Source: Octopus vulgaris (taxonomy: Eukaryota). From it: a stretch of DNA of 64,000 nucleotides. The first letter of the stretch is position 1. Every line of letters begins with the position of its first letter. Positions 1 through 12,097 of this stretch are shown here, piece after piece. A model generated the notes under the pieces. It was given only the letters and a program-made list of their open reading frames with translations. It ran no database searches and was not told the origin of the DNA. The stretch lies in assembly GCA_951406725.2 (NCBI GenBank), contig OX597829.1:53692001-53756000 (forward strand), read 5' to 3'. Both the position numbers and the translations under genes were made by a program.

Positions 1-844
1 TCTTCACAATATTCTGGTCTGCAGGTATAACTACATCGATGAAGGCCCATTCTTAGACTCCTGCCATAGGAGAGTGATATCTGGTCAGTTATGGTGCAGC
101 TTCTTATCTGTGTAGATTGGTATATCTCATGTGAGTTCCAAACAGTAGAACTCCCATGTGAGTTCTACAGTTTGGTTTTTAATTTGATGTGAGTACAATT
201 GTAAAAACAAAAATGGTATTTATTCATCTATTTTCTACTTTTACCCCTTTGAACAAAAAAAAAACAAAAAAAAGAACCTTAGAACTTTTTGATGCAACTT
301 ATTTTCTGATGTAATTGTAAGAAAATAGGATATGGCAACAAGACGAATCAAGAAAGAAAATACACACACTTAATTAACAAAAACATTTGCACAGACAGTA
401 CCTCCCCCATCCCCACCCCACCCCACCCACACACAAAATATTTGGAATAAAATATGAACATTAAAAAAGAAAACCAACAATGATGTAACTAGTGTTTCTG
501 ACAGCAAAAACAGTTTATTTAAAGATTCACACAGCAGTAACATCAGCAACCATAAAAACACAGCGTCACACTCAGATAAATGAGAATATAAGAATATAAG
601 GATATAAGAATATAAGAATAAACAAGGAAATTCTGAACTTAAGCAGGTTCCTATTGAAGATTCAAGATTAGAAGGACTATATTACAAAAAAACAACTCTC
701 TCTCCCTTCTTCAAGATTTGGAAAGGAGAATGTTGGCATGCCTCATGAAAACAGAACAGGCTTTTTTATGTACTGTCTAAAATAAATCGAAGCAAGTTCT
801 AGCCAATGTATGGGACAATATTTTGTGTATTAAATGAGGCAAAA

Positions 845-985
845 AGTATTTCCTCAACACATGAACTGTTCAGAGTATTGCTGCCAGCTGTGTTCTTCCT
901 ATGAAGTTTGGTATTTTCAGCTTTTGATGCCAGAATATTGCTCTCTTTGAGACATTCCCAAGAGCACCAATCACAATGCTTTGTT
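845..985 (-). pseudogene. R4/Dong-like non-LTR retrotransposon C-terminal (RLE) relic
   Basis: Minus-strand translation IVIGALGNVSKRAIFWHQKLKIPNFIGRTQLAAIL*TVHVLRKYF resembles the PIVIGALG...Q.AA.LGT..ILRK end of R4/Dong ORFs; internal stop. Confidence 0.6.
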
Positions 986-1229
986 CTTGGGTAAGAACAA
1001 AGCTGAGTGATAAGATCCATACCTGCATGTAGACTCACATTATGGGACATGGGTCAACATGGCACAATGATGAGTGTTAGGAACGTCACCAGGAACATCT
1101 TGCAGCTCATCTTTATCTTTGTGAAGCAATATGGGTGGGTTGTGAGAGTTGTAGGAATGCAGAACATGTGGTTGAGAGGGATCTGTATAGACTTGTAAGC
1201 CCTTATGACCCCTACAAAACTACAAAGCT

Positions 1230-1800
1230 AATATAAAGTTGCACCCTCTCAGAAGGATAGAAATATGAGTGATCATACTGGGAAAAGGCCCAGTTACTGC
1301 CCTTGTTACTTGGCAACTTTATACCACACAAATGCCATTGTGAGGCTGTTGTTGATGGGTTTGGCCTGCATCTGCTTTCATGCCAACTTAGCACTGGCCT
1401 GTTCCCTCAACATGCTACTTTGAATGACATCATCAGGAGGAACCTCGACACAGTCAGCTTACCATCACAACAAGAGTTAGTTGGCCTTGAACATGGCACT
1501 GGTAAATGCCCCGACAGAATAACCTTCATCCCATTCAAGACAGGAAAATCTCTGATCTGGGATGTGATGTACTGCAACTCATTCTCTGCCACCAACTTTG
1601 TTGCTTCAGCTGCAAACCTGGGCACAGTGCCTGCAATGCAGAAGGGAGGAGGATAAGCAAATACCAGAGTTTGACCAACCACTTTTTCTTTTCCATACCA
1701 GTCACCTCTGATGTCCTTGGCCCCGACATTGCTAATTTTCTCTGCAAAACTGGAAAGACAGCATCCCCACCTGAGGAAAGTGCACTGTGAGGTAGAATGG
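1230..1800 (+). pseudogene. CRE-clade non-LTR retrotransposon zinc knuckle + restriction-like endonuclease relic
   Basis: ORF 1303-1656: CHCEAVVDGFGLHLLSC...HATLNDIIRR...GKCPDRITFIPFKTGKSLIWDV matches the CRE C-x-C..H.LSC / RH..LNDII / GKRPDG.T..P...GK.L.WD pattern. Confidence 0.8.
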
Positions 1801-2087
1801 CTGTTTCTGTGGGAAGCATTTCCCCTTTGGTTTTCAGGGGGGTCTTGGACCTGTGGGTTTCCTCAACTGACCACAAATGGAGGTTCTCCTTCTTTGAGAA
1901 AATTGAATCCTCATTATTTATTATTAACTTTATGTTTCATGTTTTGTTTTATTATTTTTTTATGGTGGGAGGGCCTCTGGAAGGGCCCCATTTGATTTTC
2001 TGCATAAATCCTCATACTGTCTTTTGTATGTCTTTGTAATTGATCCTCTTATCTGACACCATGGTGGCAAGAAAAAGCAATCATTGT

Positions 2088-2292
2088 TGAGCTGGCAGAA
2101 TCATTAGAGCTTTGTAAAAAATGCTTTCTTCTGGTTTTTTACATTCTGACTTCAAATCCTACCAGGGTCAATTTTTCCTTCCATCCTTTTAGGTTTGATA
2201 AAATATAATATCAGTCAAATACTAGAGTCAATGTAATCAATGAACTCCTTCCCCTAAAATTGCTGGTCTTTGGCAAAAATTTGAAGCAATTA
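2088..2292 (+). mobile_element. tRNA-derived SINE, Meta-domain-like family (degenerate)
   Basis: gagctggcagaa head and ttccatccttttaggtttgataaa core; same family as 18925-19140 and 19570-19794. Confidence 0.65.
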
Positions 2293-2519
2293 TTATTGTT
2301 ACCAGCAGGAGGGTTGTCCTCTGAGTGGTTTTTACTTGTCACTAAATAATATTTATTTATTCGATTCCCAATCCGTATGATTCTTCTGGTGTGTTATGTC
2401 TAATTTCCCTTTGAATCCTTTATTCAACCAAAAGCACTCACAGTAAATAAATCTAGAATAACACCAAACTCTCAGAGATTGTTAGAATTTATGAAGAAAT
2501 CCAGTATCATGTTGAATTA

Positions 2520-2745
2520 ATTTAGCCAATGTAAAAGGCCTCAGTTTATGAAAGAAACCACATTCCGTGAAGAAACATCTACAGAAATACCAGATTCGGG
2601 AATTCACAGTGCACATCAGAGCAACACAGCAGAACAGGGGCAACCTTAGAATCTCTGAGGCCATCCTCATACACCAAATAAAGCCATATATCAACAGCAG
2701 AAAAGAGTTATGGGAAGCTAGCTGGTTGCTAAAGCAGCACCTTTC
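2520..2745 (+). pseudogene. Penelope-like element GIY-YIG endonuclease C-terminal relic
   Basis: ORF 2567-2845 contains NLRISEAILIHQIKPYINSRKE, like the L.I.EA..I....P.LN end of PLE endonucleases. Confidence 0.6.
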
Positions 2746-2944
2746 CATGCATGTCCACTCGACACATGCTCACACACACACACACACACACATTGGCAAT
2801 ATTTGTCAGTTTCTTGAAAATGAGGCCATAACCCCAAATTATTGAATGCAAGGTAAGTCTATATTAATTCATATATTTGTTTTCTAGGGATTTGCCTTGC
2901 ATTTACTTCACATTGTTCTGGCCTTACCCACAATCCTATCCAAA

Positions 2945-3190
2945 CATGGCCAGTACCAGTACCCCCTGATGACTCCCGGGCTGGTGGCACATAAAAAGCA
3001 CCTACTACACTCTGGGAGTAGTTGGTGTTAGGAAAGGCATCCAACCGTAGAAAGATTGCCAGATCAGATTGGAACCTGGTGCAGCCTCCTGGCTTGCCAG
3101 TCCTCTGTCAAACCGTCCAACCCATGCCAGCATGGAAAACGGACGTTAAATGATGATTATGATAATGGTGGTGGTGGTGGTGGTGATGAT
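2945..3190 (+). mobile_element. RTE LINE 3' tail fragment
   Basis: ggcacataaaaagcacc...ccgtccaacccatgccagcatggaaaacggacgttaaatgatgat, the same end as the RT-containing copies. Confidence 0.8.
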
Positions 3191-3194
3191 TCAG

Positions 3195-3690
3195 CTTAGA
3201 TGGTCAGGTCATCCCACCTGCATGAGGGATATCAGAATTCCAAAGCAACTTCTCTTCGGCCAATTCCCAACAGGAATATCAGTTGGAAGGCCACACTCTA
3301 CTTCAAAGACAAACTAAAAGCCAATCTGAAGTGATGCAAAATTCCCTTTTCTTTCTGGGAAAACAAAGCATCAGAACACGGGACCTGGTGCCAGTCCTGC
3401 TTCTCCTCAGTTCAAAGATTTGAGCAAAGTCAACTCCAACATCAGGACCAGCTTCATACAAACATGAAGGTACACTGGCAGAACACTACTCCTCTAAATG
3501 GAAACCTTACCTGTCGTAGTTTTGTGGCACAAAGCAAAACAGACCTTGCCATCCGCTCAATAAAACACACAGTAAATAATCCACAAGCACTCGAGCAAAC
3601 TGAGTCCTCAACTTGTTCTATTTGCCAAAAGGTTTGCAAGGCACCAGCAGGCCTCAAGAGATATATTTGTGTCCATGAAACATGATTACC
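3195..3690 (+). pseudogene. Second RTE-type LINE, C-terminal relic with degenerate C2H2 fingers
   Basis: RIPKQLLFGQFPTG..GRP..FKDKLK.NLK motif, then CSICQKVCKAPAGLKRYICVH. Confidence 0.6.
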
Positions 3691-3799
3691 ACTTTATTTT
3701 ACTGAACTCACATTTGTTGTTCATGACAAGAGAATCCATCTTCATATTCTTTTATTATTTTTTTTCACTTATTTGTTTCAGTCATTTGACTGTGTTCCT

Positions 3800-4082
3800 G
3801 TTGATCTGACCAAGGGAACAGCCTGCTCATGAAATTCATATGCAAGTGGCTGAGTACTCCACAGACCCATGTACCCGTAATGTAGTTCTCTGGGAGATTT
3901 AGTTGTGATACAGAGTGTGATAAGGCTGGTACTTTGGAATACAAGTACAGCTCATTTTTGCCAGCTGAGTGGTATGGAGCAACATAGAATAAAGTGTCTT
4001 GCTCAAGGGTACAACATGCTGCCAGGAATCGAACTCATGACCTTACAACCATGAGCCAAACACACTAACCACTAAGCCACTC
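3800..4082 (-). mobile_element. tRNA-derived SINE, related to 7944-8332
   Basis: Shares aacagcctgctc.tgaaatt...caagtggctgag.actccacagac; tRNA-like head gtggcttagtggttag...gagttcgattcc on the minus strand. Confidence 0.7.
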
Positions 4083-5408
4083 ATGATTTACTGGTGTAAG
4101 GAAACTTAAAGACACCACTTTGTTTTCACCTTGCTGTACATGTGCCATGTCAAAGCTACCCTGCCAGAGCAATAAATTGGACATGAGATCAAGTTGTTCT
4201 TGTTTATGGTAAATAGTTGTTTTGTTGTTTTCTGGAGAAATAGAAAAGTAGAGCCACGGAAAATGTAAAAATAATATGAGTAGGCTGTCAGGAAAACAAG
4301 TTATTTGTAGTATAGCAAGAAACTGCCAAAACTCTTGGGATACTTTGAAATCTTAGCAATGTTTGATTACATTTTAAACAAACAAATATAATAGGCAGAG
4401 AAGTGATTCAAAAAGTGTGTCAAAATATTAGCATGAGAACTAAAAATGTTCTTCTGATAAGAATTGATATGACGCAAGTACAAGCAGTTATTAGTTGATA
4501 ATTTCAATAAGTATAAAAATGTCTATTAACTGAAGTCTGCCAATGTAGAACTATTTCCATAACTGTTGGCAGATAAAGCTAATGGAAGAAAACAAAGATC
4601 AAATACACGAACCAAAACAAGTCTGTTTTTGTAAGATACCAAATACGTATTATCTATTTTTGATTACCAGAATTTCATTTAGCGCATGAGAATGGCTTTC
4701 TTCTATAAGTTTTCAGATAAGATATAATCTAAAATTTTTGCAGACAAGACTCAAAAAATATTAACATGCATATTTATCTACATTGGATCTATATAAACGT
4801 TATAATACGCTATGGCAGAAGAGTGAAGGGATGGTGTTATGAAAAAGGATACTACATAGTTGACGGTGCTAGTGTTCATGATGTTGCATGGTGGTTCTGA
4901 TGGTAAAGGATATAAATTGCATAGAATAGCCATAGTGGTTGTCATCAGGTATCTGTGCTGCTGTTGATGGTGAGTTAGTGTTCTTGTTCTGAGTAGTCTT
5001 GATAAGCTCATTCAAACAGCTAAATGGCACAAATCTGGTCAATATGAAATGCTGAACTGCACTCAATTTGGAGCCTATACTATACACTCTGCCATGTATA
5101 TTTTAAGAACTTTACTGGTCAAACTATCTATCAAGCCTGTAATCTAAGAACTCTCCAATTTGTCAGTGATAACAAGAACTTAAGTTCACATCCCATAATT
5201 ATCTAAGATAATTTCCACTTTATAGAAATACTACCCTTTGAATAGTAATATTTAACCCTGTTAACATGATGAATCATACCAAAATACTCATCAGCTATCG
5301 ATCATTAAGTGTCATTAACTTTGAATATTCTATTGTAGAGTTATCAACATCTAAGCAGGAATATTGCCCCGATAAATGCAGAAGAGGCCTCCAAACAGTT
5401 TTGCAACT

Positions 5409-5553
5409 ATAAGGTTGTCCCAAAAGTTTGTAGAAAGTCTTGGAAAATAATGGTCTTTATTTTGAGGAATAATTTTTGTTGTTTTTTGTTAGTACTTGGT
5501 GAGTAAAAATTCAATTTTCGCAAGTGTTTACGAACTTTTGGGACAACCTAATA
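5409..5553. mobile_element. Tc1/mariner-type MITE
   Basis: TIRs aggttgtcccaaaagtttgta / tacgaacttttgggacaacct with TA flanks. Confidence 0.65.
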
Positions 5554-5990
5554 TATGGCTCAAATCTGTTTTGGTTTTAGCTAGCAATATGTTTTAATTT
5601 TCACAGGGATTGCAATAAATTATCAAATAAATTGCTCCTCTAAATTTTTAGATATGATTGGAATGGAAGAATTTAATAATGATTACATATGAAAATTCTT
5701 GATATTCTATAAAGTTTGTCAATATAACATTGTTTATCGAGTTGCAAATCTAACCAAATGATTCATTGTTAGAAAATTACTATTTGTAAATCTCACAACG
5801 AGAGATATTCAGCAGCAGTACTTTGTAGTAAAGATTATTTGCCAACATAACATGGCAGTCCTGGTTTAGGATGAATGTTGCTGTAATTTAGCCCCAGGAG
5901 ACATCGTCTCCAGCTGGTTATACGACACGATCTGTGTCCTTATATTTTTGAACAAGGGGATCTAGCACCCCCACTCAGCTCAAAACAATA

Positions 5991-6034
5991 TCTGTGTATC
6001 ATGATTTCTGGTTATTTCTCTTCATCAGCACAGA
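5991..6034 (-). ncRNA. Minimal type I hammerhead ribozyme motif
   Basis: UCUGUG-CUGAUGA-agagaaauaacca-GAAA-UCAUGA(palindrome)-UA-CACAGA; stem II weak. Confidence 0.6.
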
Positions 6035-6242
6035 ATAATTGTTTGGCTAGAGGTCCTAAACCAGGACTGCTATGTTATGTTGACAAATAATCTTTACTCC
6101 AAAGTACTGTTGCTGAATATATATCATTGTGAGATTTACAAATAGTAATTTTCTAATTTATAGATCAGTGACTAGTTGTCAATTTGAAAACTATATATTT
6201 CGAACGGGAATTTGGTAGCGCCACCTCTAGCCAAACAATTTT

Positions 6243-6287
6243 TCTGTGCTGATGAAGAGAAATAACCCAGAAATTGCGATACACAGA
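6243..6287 (+). ncRNA. Minimal type I hammerhead ribozyme motif
   Basis: UCUGUG-CUGAUGA-agagaaauaaccca-GAAA-UUGCGA-UA-CACAGA; 6-bp stem I, near-palindromic stem III, stem II weak. Confidence 0.6.
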
Positions 6288-6469
6288 TATTGTTCTGAGC
6301 TGGGTTGGGGTGCTAGATTCTCTTGTTCAAACATATAAGGACACTGATCATGTCGTATAGCCAGCTGGAGACAATGTTTCCTGGGGCTAAATTACAGCAA
6401 CATTCATCCTAAACCAGGACTGCCATGTTATGTTGGCAAATAATCTTTACTGATTCATTAAAATTTGAA

Positions 6470-7212
6470 TTCTTTAGCATTTAAACTGGCCATAAACCAG
6501 CCCTGATATTCTATGTGTTTTATATTAAACCTGACCACATCCAACCTCTCACACCTATTCTACAATATCATTCTAAAATATACAAACACACCATTGAAAC
6601 CTTGAAGCTACAAGAAAACGAATGATTAACTCAAAAGAATGTAAATAAATAAGCAAATACATTTCGTTTCTGGATTTGGTTTGCAAGATTCGTGTGTTGA
6701 AGCATATTCTGTTGTGTCTGAGGAGAGTCATTTTCTTTTTGTGCCTTATAATGTGTGTGTACATGAGGAACACTGCCACTGTAGGGACAAAACAAAAAAA
6801 AAAAGAGAACTTCTTGTGGTGTGATGCTGAACCTCTCTGTGTTCTAATCATTGGTTCTGATGTTGCATCTAGTGGCCTCTAGCAAAGTGATTAATGTTAT
6901 AGTAACTGAGTACACCATACAGCATGATGGTCTTTCACGGAGACTCTCTGTGCCGGCTGCTTCAGAACTTCTTCTCAAAGCTGATGAAGCTGATTGCAAG
7001 CAATTGCTGGAATTTGTGATTCTCAACAATGAAGACTACTGAAAAGGTTGCAAGATGCAACGAAAATTTTAGGAGAATAAAAATAAGAAATAAGTGGAAA
7101 TTTTACCGGTGAGTGTGTTACATTATAAGGCACAAAAAGAAAATGACTCTCCCTAGACACAACAGAATAAGCAAATACATTTGACAAAGAAATTTGAATG
7201 CTAAACCGTTAA
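6470..7212. mobile_element. TTAA/piggyBac-like MITE interrupted by the 6665-7165 insertion
   Basis: Ends tttagcattt / gaatgctaaaccgttaa; body matches the copy at 62225-62373. Confidence 0.55.
6665..7165. mobile_element. Penelope-like fragment with inverted ends and degenerate hammerhead
   Basis: 17-bp TSD aataagcaaatacattt (6648-6664, 7166-7182); ~50-bp inverted repeat 6705-6752/7119-7169; ctgaaaag-gttgc-aagat-gcaac-gaaa at 7039-7065. Confidence 0.55.
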
Positions 7213-7614
7213 TAATTAATCAGAGTTCACTGATTCTTTCTCTCAAACCTGTACCTACAACTCTTTTCGCCAAGTAAATGTTTTACCCCATGAAACTTGC
7301 CAAGTGTAACATCCAATGGGCTGTTTTCAGATTACTCTCCTATCTTCAGCCTTACTACCTTGCGTGGCCTTACCCACAAACAAATATTCTTCTGCCATTG
7401 CTCTCAGTTTCTCTGAAACATATAACGACATTCTTTTGCTGATGTGTCAGAATATAAACAGCTAATAAGGACGTGTTTGTCATCTAACTGTAAGTATAAT
7501 CAAGCAGGTCTATGATGAAAGGTCTTTCAGCCAATGATTATTACACATGTTTAAAAATATGTAGGACTACATCGTTTAATAAGGACATCCATACATTGCT
7601 GTCCTTCGTGATCA

Positions 7615-7656
<42 letters not shown>

Positions 7657-7689
7657 CTTGAAAATTCTTCACTGTCTCAAGCAATCTAA

Positions 7690-8520
7690 CAGAAATTTCC
7701 TCCTTCTTAAGAGCCTCTGTTGAACAGCATCACTCAGTCTTTGTCTTGTGTATGTTACTAAGCTCCAAGAGACTCCTTCCAATCATCAGATTGTGGTCTG
7801 GGCCAATGTCTGCTCTACAACACGCATAGACATCTTTCAAGAATGAATGCCACACAGTACTAATGCAAATGTAGTTGATTGTGTTCCTTACGATGCCACA
7901 CGAGGAAGTTTATGTAATTTTAAGCAAATGCTTTTAGCCAAGATGGATGGAAGCACTCCGTCGTTTACGAAGACGAGGGTTCCGGTTGATCCGATGAACG
8001 GAACAGCCTGCTCGTGAAATTAACGTGCAAGTGGCTGAGCACTCCACAGACACATGTACCCTTAACGTAGTTCTTGGGGATATTCAGCGTGACACAGAGA
8101 GTGACAAGGCCGGCACTTTGAAAATACAGGTACAACAGAAACAGGAAGTAAGAGTGAGAGAAAGTTGTGGTGAAAGAGTACAGCAGGGATCACCACCATC
8201 CCCTGTCGGAGCCTTGTGGAGCTTTAGGTGTTTTCGCTCAATAAACACTCACAACGCCCGGTCTGGGAATCGAAACTGCGATCCTATGACCGCGAGTCTG
8301 CTGCCCTAACCACTGGGCCATTGCGCCTCCACTTTAGCCAAGAACATGCTGTTGACACTGAGCTCAAAGCAGTTATTCAACACCAAAAGACTCTTGCCGC
8401 TGTTGTTTGTGCTGTTGACTAAACCATAAGGTTTGACTAAGTAGAATAACCACAACTGTTATTGTCCAGTTGTGCATTGAGCTCACCCAACTCATCTAGC
8501 CTCACTCCGTTGTTGTTCTT
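7690..8520 (-). pseudogene. LINE AP-endonuclease relic interrupted by a SINE
   Basis: Minus-strand SSCGIVRNTINYICISTVWHSFLKDVYACCRADIGPDHNLMI resembles the IDY...SDH end of RTE endonuclease. Confidence 0.55.
7944..8332 (-). mobile_element. Full-length, well-preserved tRNA-derived SINE
   Basis: 11-bp TSD tttagccaaga (7933-7943, 8333-8343); A box tggcccagtgg, B box gtttcgattcc; (CCAT)n tail; CpGs retained. Confidence 0.85.
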
Positions 8521-8611
8521 CACGTGATGAATTGCTTTAGCATCTTCTTCCGTCGGAACAGTCTGGAGTCAGGAGCTGAAGATCATGCAGTGAAGAAATC
8601 CACACATTACA

Positions 8612-8890
8612 CATTGTTGAGAAGAATCACAAATTCCAGCAATTGCTTGCAATCAGCTTCATCAGCTTCGAGAAGAAGGTCTGAAGCAGCCGGCACAGAG
8701 AGTCTCCGTGAAAGACCATCATGCTGTATGGTGTACCCAGTTACTATAACATTAATCGCTTTGCTAGAGGCCACTAGACGCAACATCAGAACCAATGATT
8801 AGAACACAAAGAGGTTCAGCATCGCACCACAAGAGAGTTCGCTTTTGCTTTTTTTTGTTTTGTCCCTACAGTGGTAGTGTTCCTCATACA
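8612..8890 (-). repeat. Inverted copy of 6760-7030
   Basis: ORF translations 6851-7042(+) and 8607-8795(-) are nearly identical. Confidence 0.85.
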
Positions 8891-9769
8891 CACACACACA
8901 CACATACACACACATACACACATGCATATAGATATACATGTATGTATGTATTTATGTATGCATGTATGTATGTATGCATGTATGTATGTATGTATGTATT
9001 TATGTATTTATGTAGGTATGTATGTATGTATGGATGGATGGATGTGTATGTATGTGTGATTATATGTATATCATCATCATCATCATCATCATCATTTAAT
9101 GTCCTTGTTCCATGCAGGCATGGGTGGATGATTCGACAGGATGTAATGGGTCCAACAATTGCTTTGACATGGTTCCTATGGTTTGATGTCTTTCATAATG
9201 CCAGCCACTTTGAAGAATGTAATGGATGCTTTTTCTAATGCCACCGGCACACAAGAGCAGGTTTTTGTTGTTGTTAGGGAGCTACATGGCTACTCACATT
9301 TAAGGGAGAGAGAATGAGAAAGAATCAATAGTAGCTACAAAGAGTAAAGTAATGGGGACACTTAATATAATGAGGGAACAGGTTTTAGTTAAACTTATGT
9401 CAATGGGGAGGAGGAAAAAAAGCGAGAGCTTAACTGAATTAGAAGTCTGAAGCAAAAAAAATACAATTCTGCTCTCTATTCTTTCACTTGTTTGTCATTG
9501 AGATCACAGACATGGATGTGTGTATATATATTTATGTTCCCTTAAATGCAATTTCTTTATTATCCATACGGATTAACACAGATGGGGACAATACAAAGGT
9601 TTGGGGTCAAAAATGGAACTTTTTACAATGAAAATCGGATGGGTTATTTACAGTGAGATGAAATTACAATGAAAATGAAATCAAATAAGAACAAATAAAC
9701 AAAAGAGACAAATGAAGTTAAAAGAACAGGTTAGCCGACCCCACGAGCCCTGTTATGTTCCTTTAAATG

Positions 9770-10683
9770 CATGGGTGGATCATTAGTAGTAGATAGCTTC
9801 TGTTACCTAGGAGACCAAGTTAGCAGTGGGGAAGGGAGTTCTGAAAGCATAGTTGCTAGGATAAGAACAGGTTGGGCAAAGTTCAGAGAGCTTCTATCTT
9901 TGTTGGTAACTAAGGGCCTCTCTCTCAGATTGAAGGGCAGATTGTATGATGCCTGTGTACGTACAGCTATGCTACATGGCAGTGACACATAGGCTTTGAC
10001 TACAGAGGAATTGTGAAGGATTGAAAGAAATGAAGCTAGCATGCTCTGCTTGATGGATAATATCAGTGTGCACACACACAACTGAGTGTAAATGGTTTAA
10101 GAGGAAAACTGGGTATGAGAGGCATCAGATGTGGTGGGCAAGAGAGAAGACTGTGCTGGTTTAGTCATGAGATGCATGTGGATGAGGACAGCTGTGTGAA
10201 GAAGTGTTAAGCTCTAATTGTGGAGGGCACTTGTTGAAGGGGGAGACCCAAGAAGATGTGGGGAGAAGTAGTGAGAAAGGATCTTTGGATGCTGGGCCTC
10301 ATTGTGGAAATGAAAAGGGACCAGGAGATGTGGTGATTTGCTGTACTTGAGAAGACATGTCAAGCTAAGTAAAATTGCTGTTTTCCACTCATACAGGCTT
10401 GTCCATTTAGGTGCCACTTAAAAGGCACCTGTGCCACTTAAAAGGCACCTGTGCCACTTAAAAGCACCTGTACTGGTACTTCATAAATGCAACCATGACG
10501 ATGACACACAAAAAGCACCAAACACACTCTGCTAAGTGTTTGTTTTAGGAAGGGCATCTAACCATAGAAACCCTAACCCCAACAGAGAATTGGAGTTGGA
10601 ACAGCTCCCAGCTGGCCAGCTCCATGTCAAACCATTCAGCTCATACCAGTATGGAAAACAGATGTTAAACAATGATGATGATG
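9770..10683 (+). mobile_element. 5'-truncated RTE LINE (RT C-terminus, 3' UTR, (GAT)n tail)
   Basis: VVDSFCYLGDQVSSGEGSSESIVARIRTGWAKFRELL...LKGRLYDACVRTAMLHGS; frameshifts and stops. Confidence 0.9.
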
Positions 10684-10695
10684 ATATATATATAT

Positions 10696-10902
10696 AAAGT
10701 GAATCCAAACAAGAAAGCACAAAAAAACACAACAACGCAAGGACGTGGAACAAATATAGTATTATTGGACGCTCAGGAAAGAAGGAGGGTTTAACGTTTC
10801 GAGCGGAGCTCTACGTTGGAAACATAGGAGAAGGAAAGATCCAGAGAAGGGAAGACAGAGGAAAAAAATCGCCAATGGTACACACGAGGTCACATTTTGA
10901 AA
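10696..10902 (-). mobile_element. Penelope-pLTR-like fragment with degenerate hammerhead (10789-10823)
   Basis: Minus strand guuu-ccaacgu-a-GAGC-ucc-GCUC-GAAA-CG-UU-aaac; CUGANGA core mutated; flanked by (TA)n. Confidence 0.55.
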
Positions 10903-10913
10903 ATATATATATA

Positions 10914-11360
10914 TGGATACATTGAAGCTCAGATATCTGGCAACTAACTTGGTAAACACCCACAAAATTATTAACCACCGTGCCAACCACCTTGTGCACC
11001 TTTTTGAATTCCATGTGTCTAACACATATGGGCATGCCTACAAAGTCAGAAAGCAGCACAGCTCCCATGACTTTCAGAAACATTTTTTTACACTCAGAGT
11101 TGCTGAAGCATGGAACAAACTACCTGCATCAGTTGTTAGTTGCTGAGACATTGCATCCTTTAAAACCTCCATGCTTGCTGAAATTCACCAACACTACACC
11201 TGACATCCCCTTCCCCCTCCATATGCATGCACACGTGTATATCATGACTCATACACTGTCCACTTTCCTGACTTTTCTACATAATTCTATGTACTGTACA
11301 TACACCTTTGATGAGTTGTAGTGCACTCAAGCACTGTACACAATAATTTCATTATTATTT
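10914..11360 (+). mobile_element. CR1-like LINE 3' fragment, same family as 42632-43661
   Basis: NTYGHAYKVRKQHSSHDFQKHFFTLRVAEAWNKLP and shared 3' end gcactgtacacaat-(tta)n. Confidence 0.85.
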
Positions 11361-11389
11361 TAAATGGATGTGTAAAAGATATATATATA

Positions 11390-11447
<58 letters not shown>

Positions 11448-11711
11448 ATATTTATATATATATATATTCTTTTTCTTTTATTTGTTTCAGTTATTTGACT
11501 GCAGCTATGCTGGAGCACAGCCTTTAGTCAAACAAACTGACCGCAGGACTTATTCTTTGTAAGCCTAGTACATATTCTATCGGTCTCTTTTGCCGAACCT
11601 CTAAGTTACAGGGGCATAAACACACCAACATCAGTTGTCAAGCAATGGTGGGGGGAACAAACACAGACACATACACAAATTTATACACACACAGATATAT
11701 ATATATATATC

Positions 11712-11903
11712 GGCATTAGTCGCCATGCTAGATCATTAGCAACTACACACATTTTTTCTCTCCTTGTTTTTTCTGTGTGCCTTTCTGTAGAAGAGCGTAA
11801 GCTCAAAATGTAAAAGACTCTTCCTACTCCTGAGCGTTATACTAATACATCTGTTTGTTTTGTACACCACCTGTCTTCGTCTTTTGTTTTTTTCGTAAAC
11901 TCT

Positions 11904-11908
<5 letters not shown>
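11712..11908 (+). mobile_element. Penelope-pLTR-like fragment with degenerate hammerhead (11781-11816)
   Basis: cuuu-CUGUAGA-a-GAGC-guaa-GCUC-aaaa-ug-ua-aaag; reverse-orientation relative of 10696-10902; sits in (TA)n. Confidence 0.55.
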
Positions 11909-11957
<49 letters not shown>

Positions 11958-12097
11958 GACAGATTTCTTTCAATTTCCATCTACCAAATCCACTCAGAAG
12001 GCTTTGGTCAGCCCAAGGTTATAGTAGAAGACACTTGTCCAAGGTGCCACACAGTAGGACTGAACCCAAAGCCATGTGGTTGATAAGCAAGCTACTT

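Larger units (their letters stand above)
5768..6450. mobile_element. Retrozyme/Penelope-pLTR-like element: inverted copy plus partial tandem of a ~353-bp monomer
   Basis: 9-bp TSD tgattcatt (5759-5767, 6451-6459); cctaaaccaggactgc recurs at 6055 and 6408; 5768-6054 is the reverse complement of the monomer; hammerhead motif in each copy; no ORF. Confidence 0.75.

Noticed and set aside
4812-5096. Short inverted ends atggcaga..agtg / cactctgccat suggesting a MITE
   Set aside because: Imperfect 11-bp match, no TSD and no second copy.
8255-8332. tRNA gene
   Set aside because: A/B boxes are present, but the sequence continues into a SINE body with tail and TSD; it is a SINE head.
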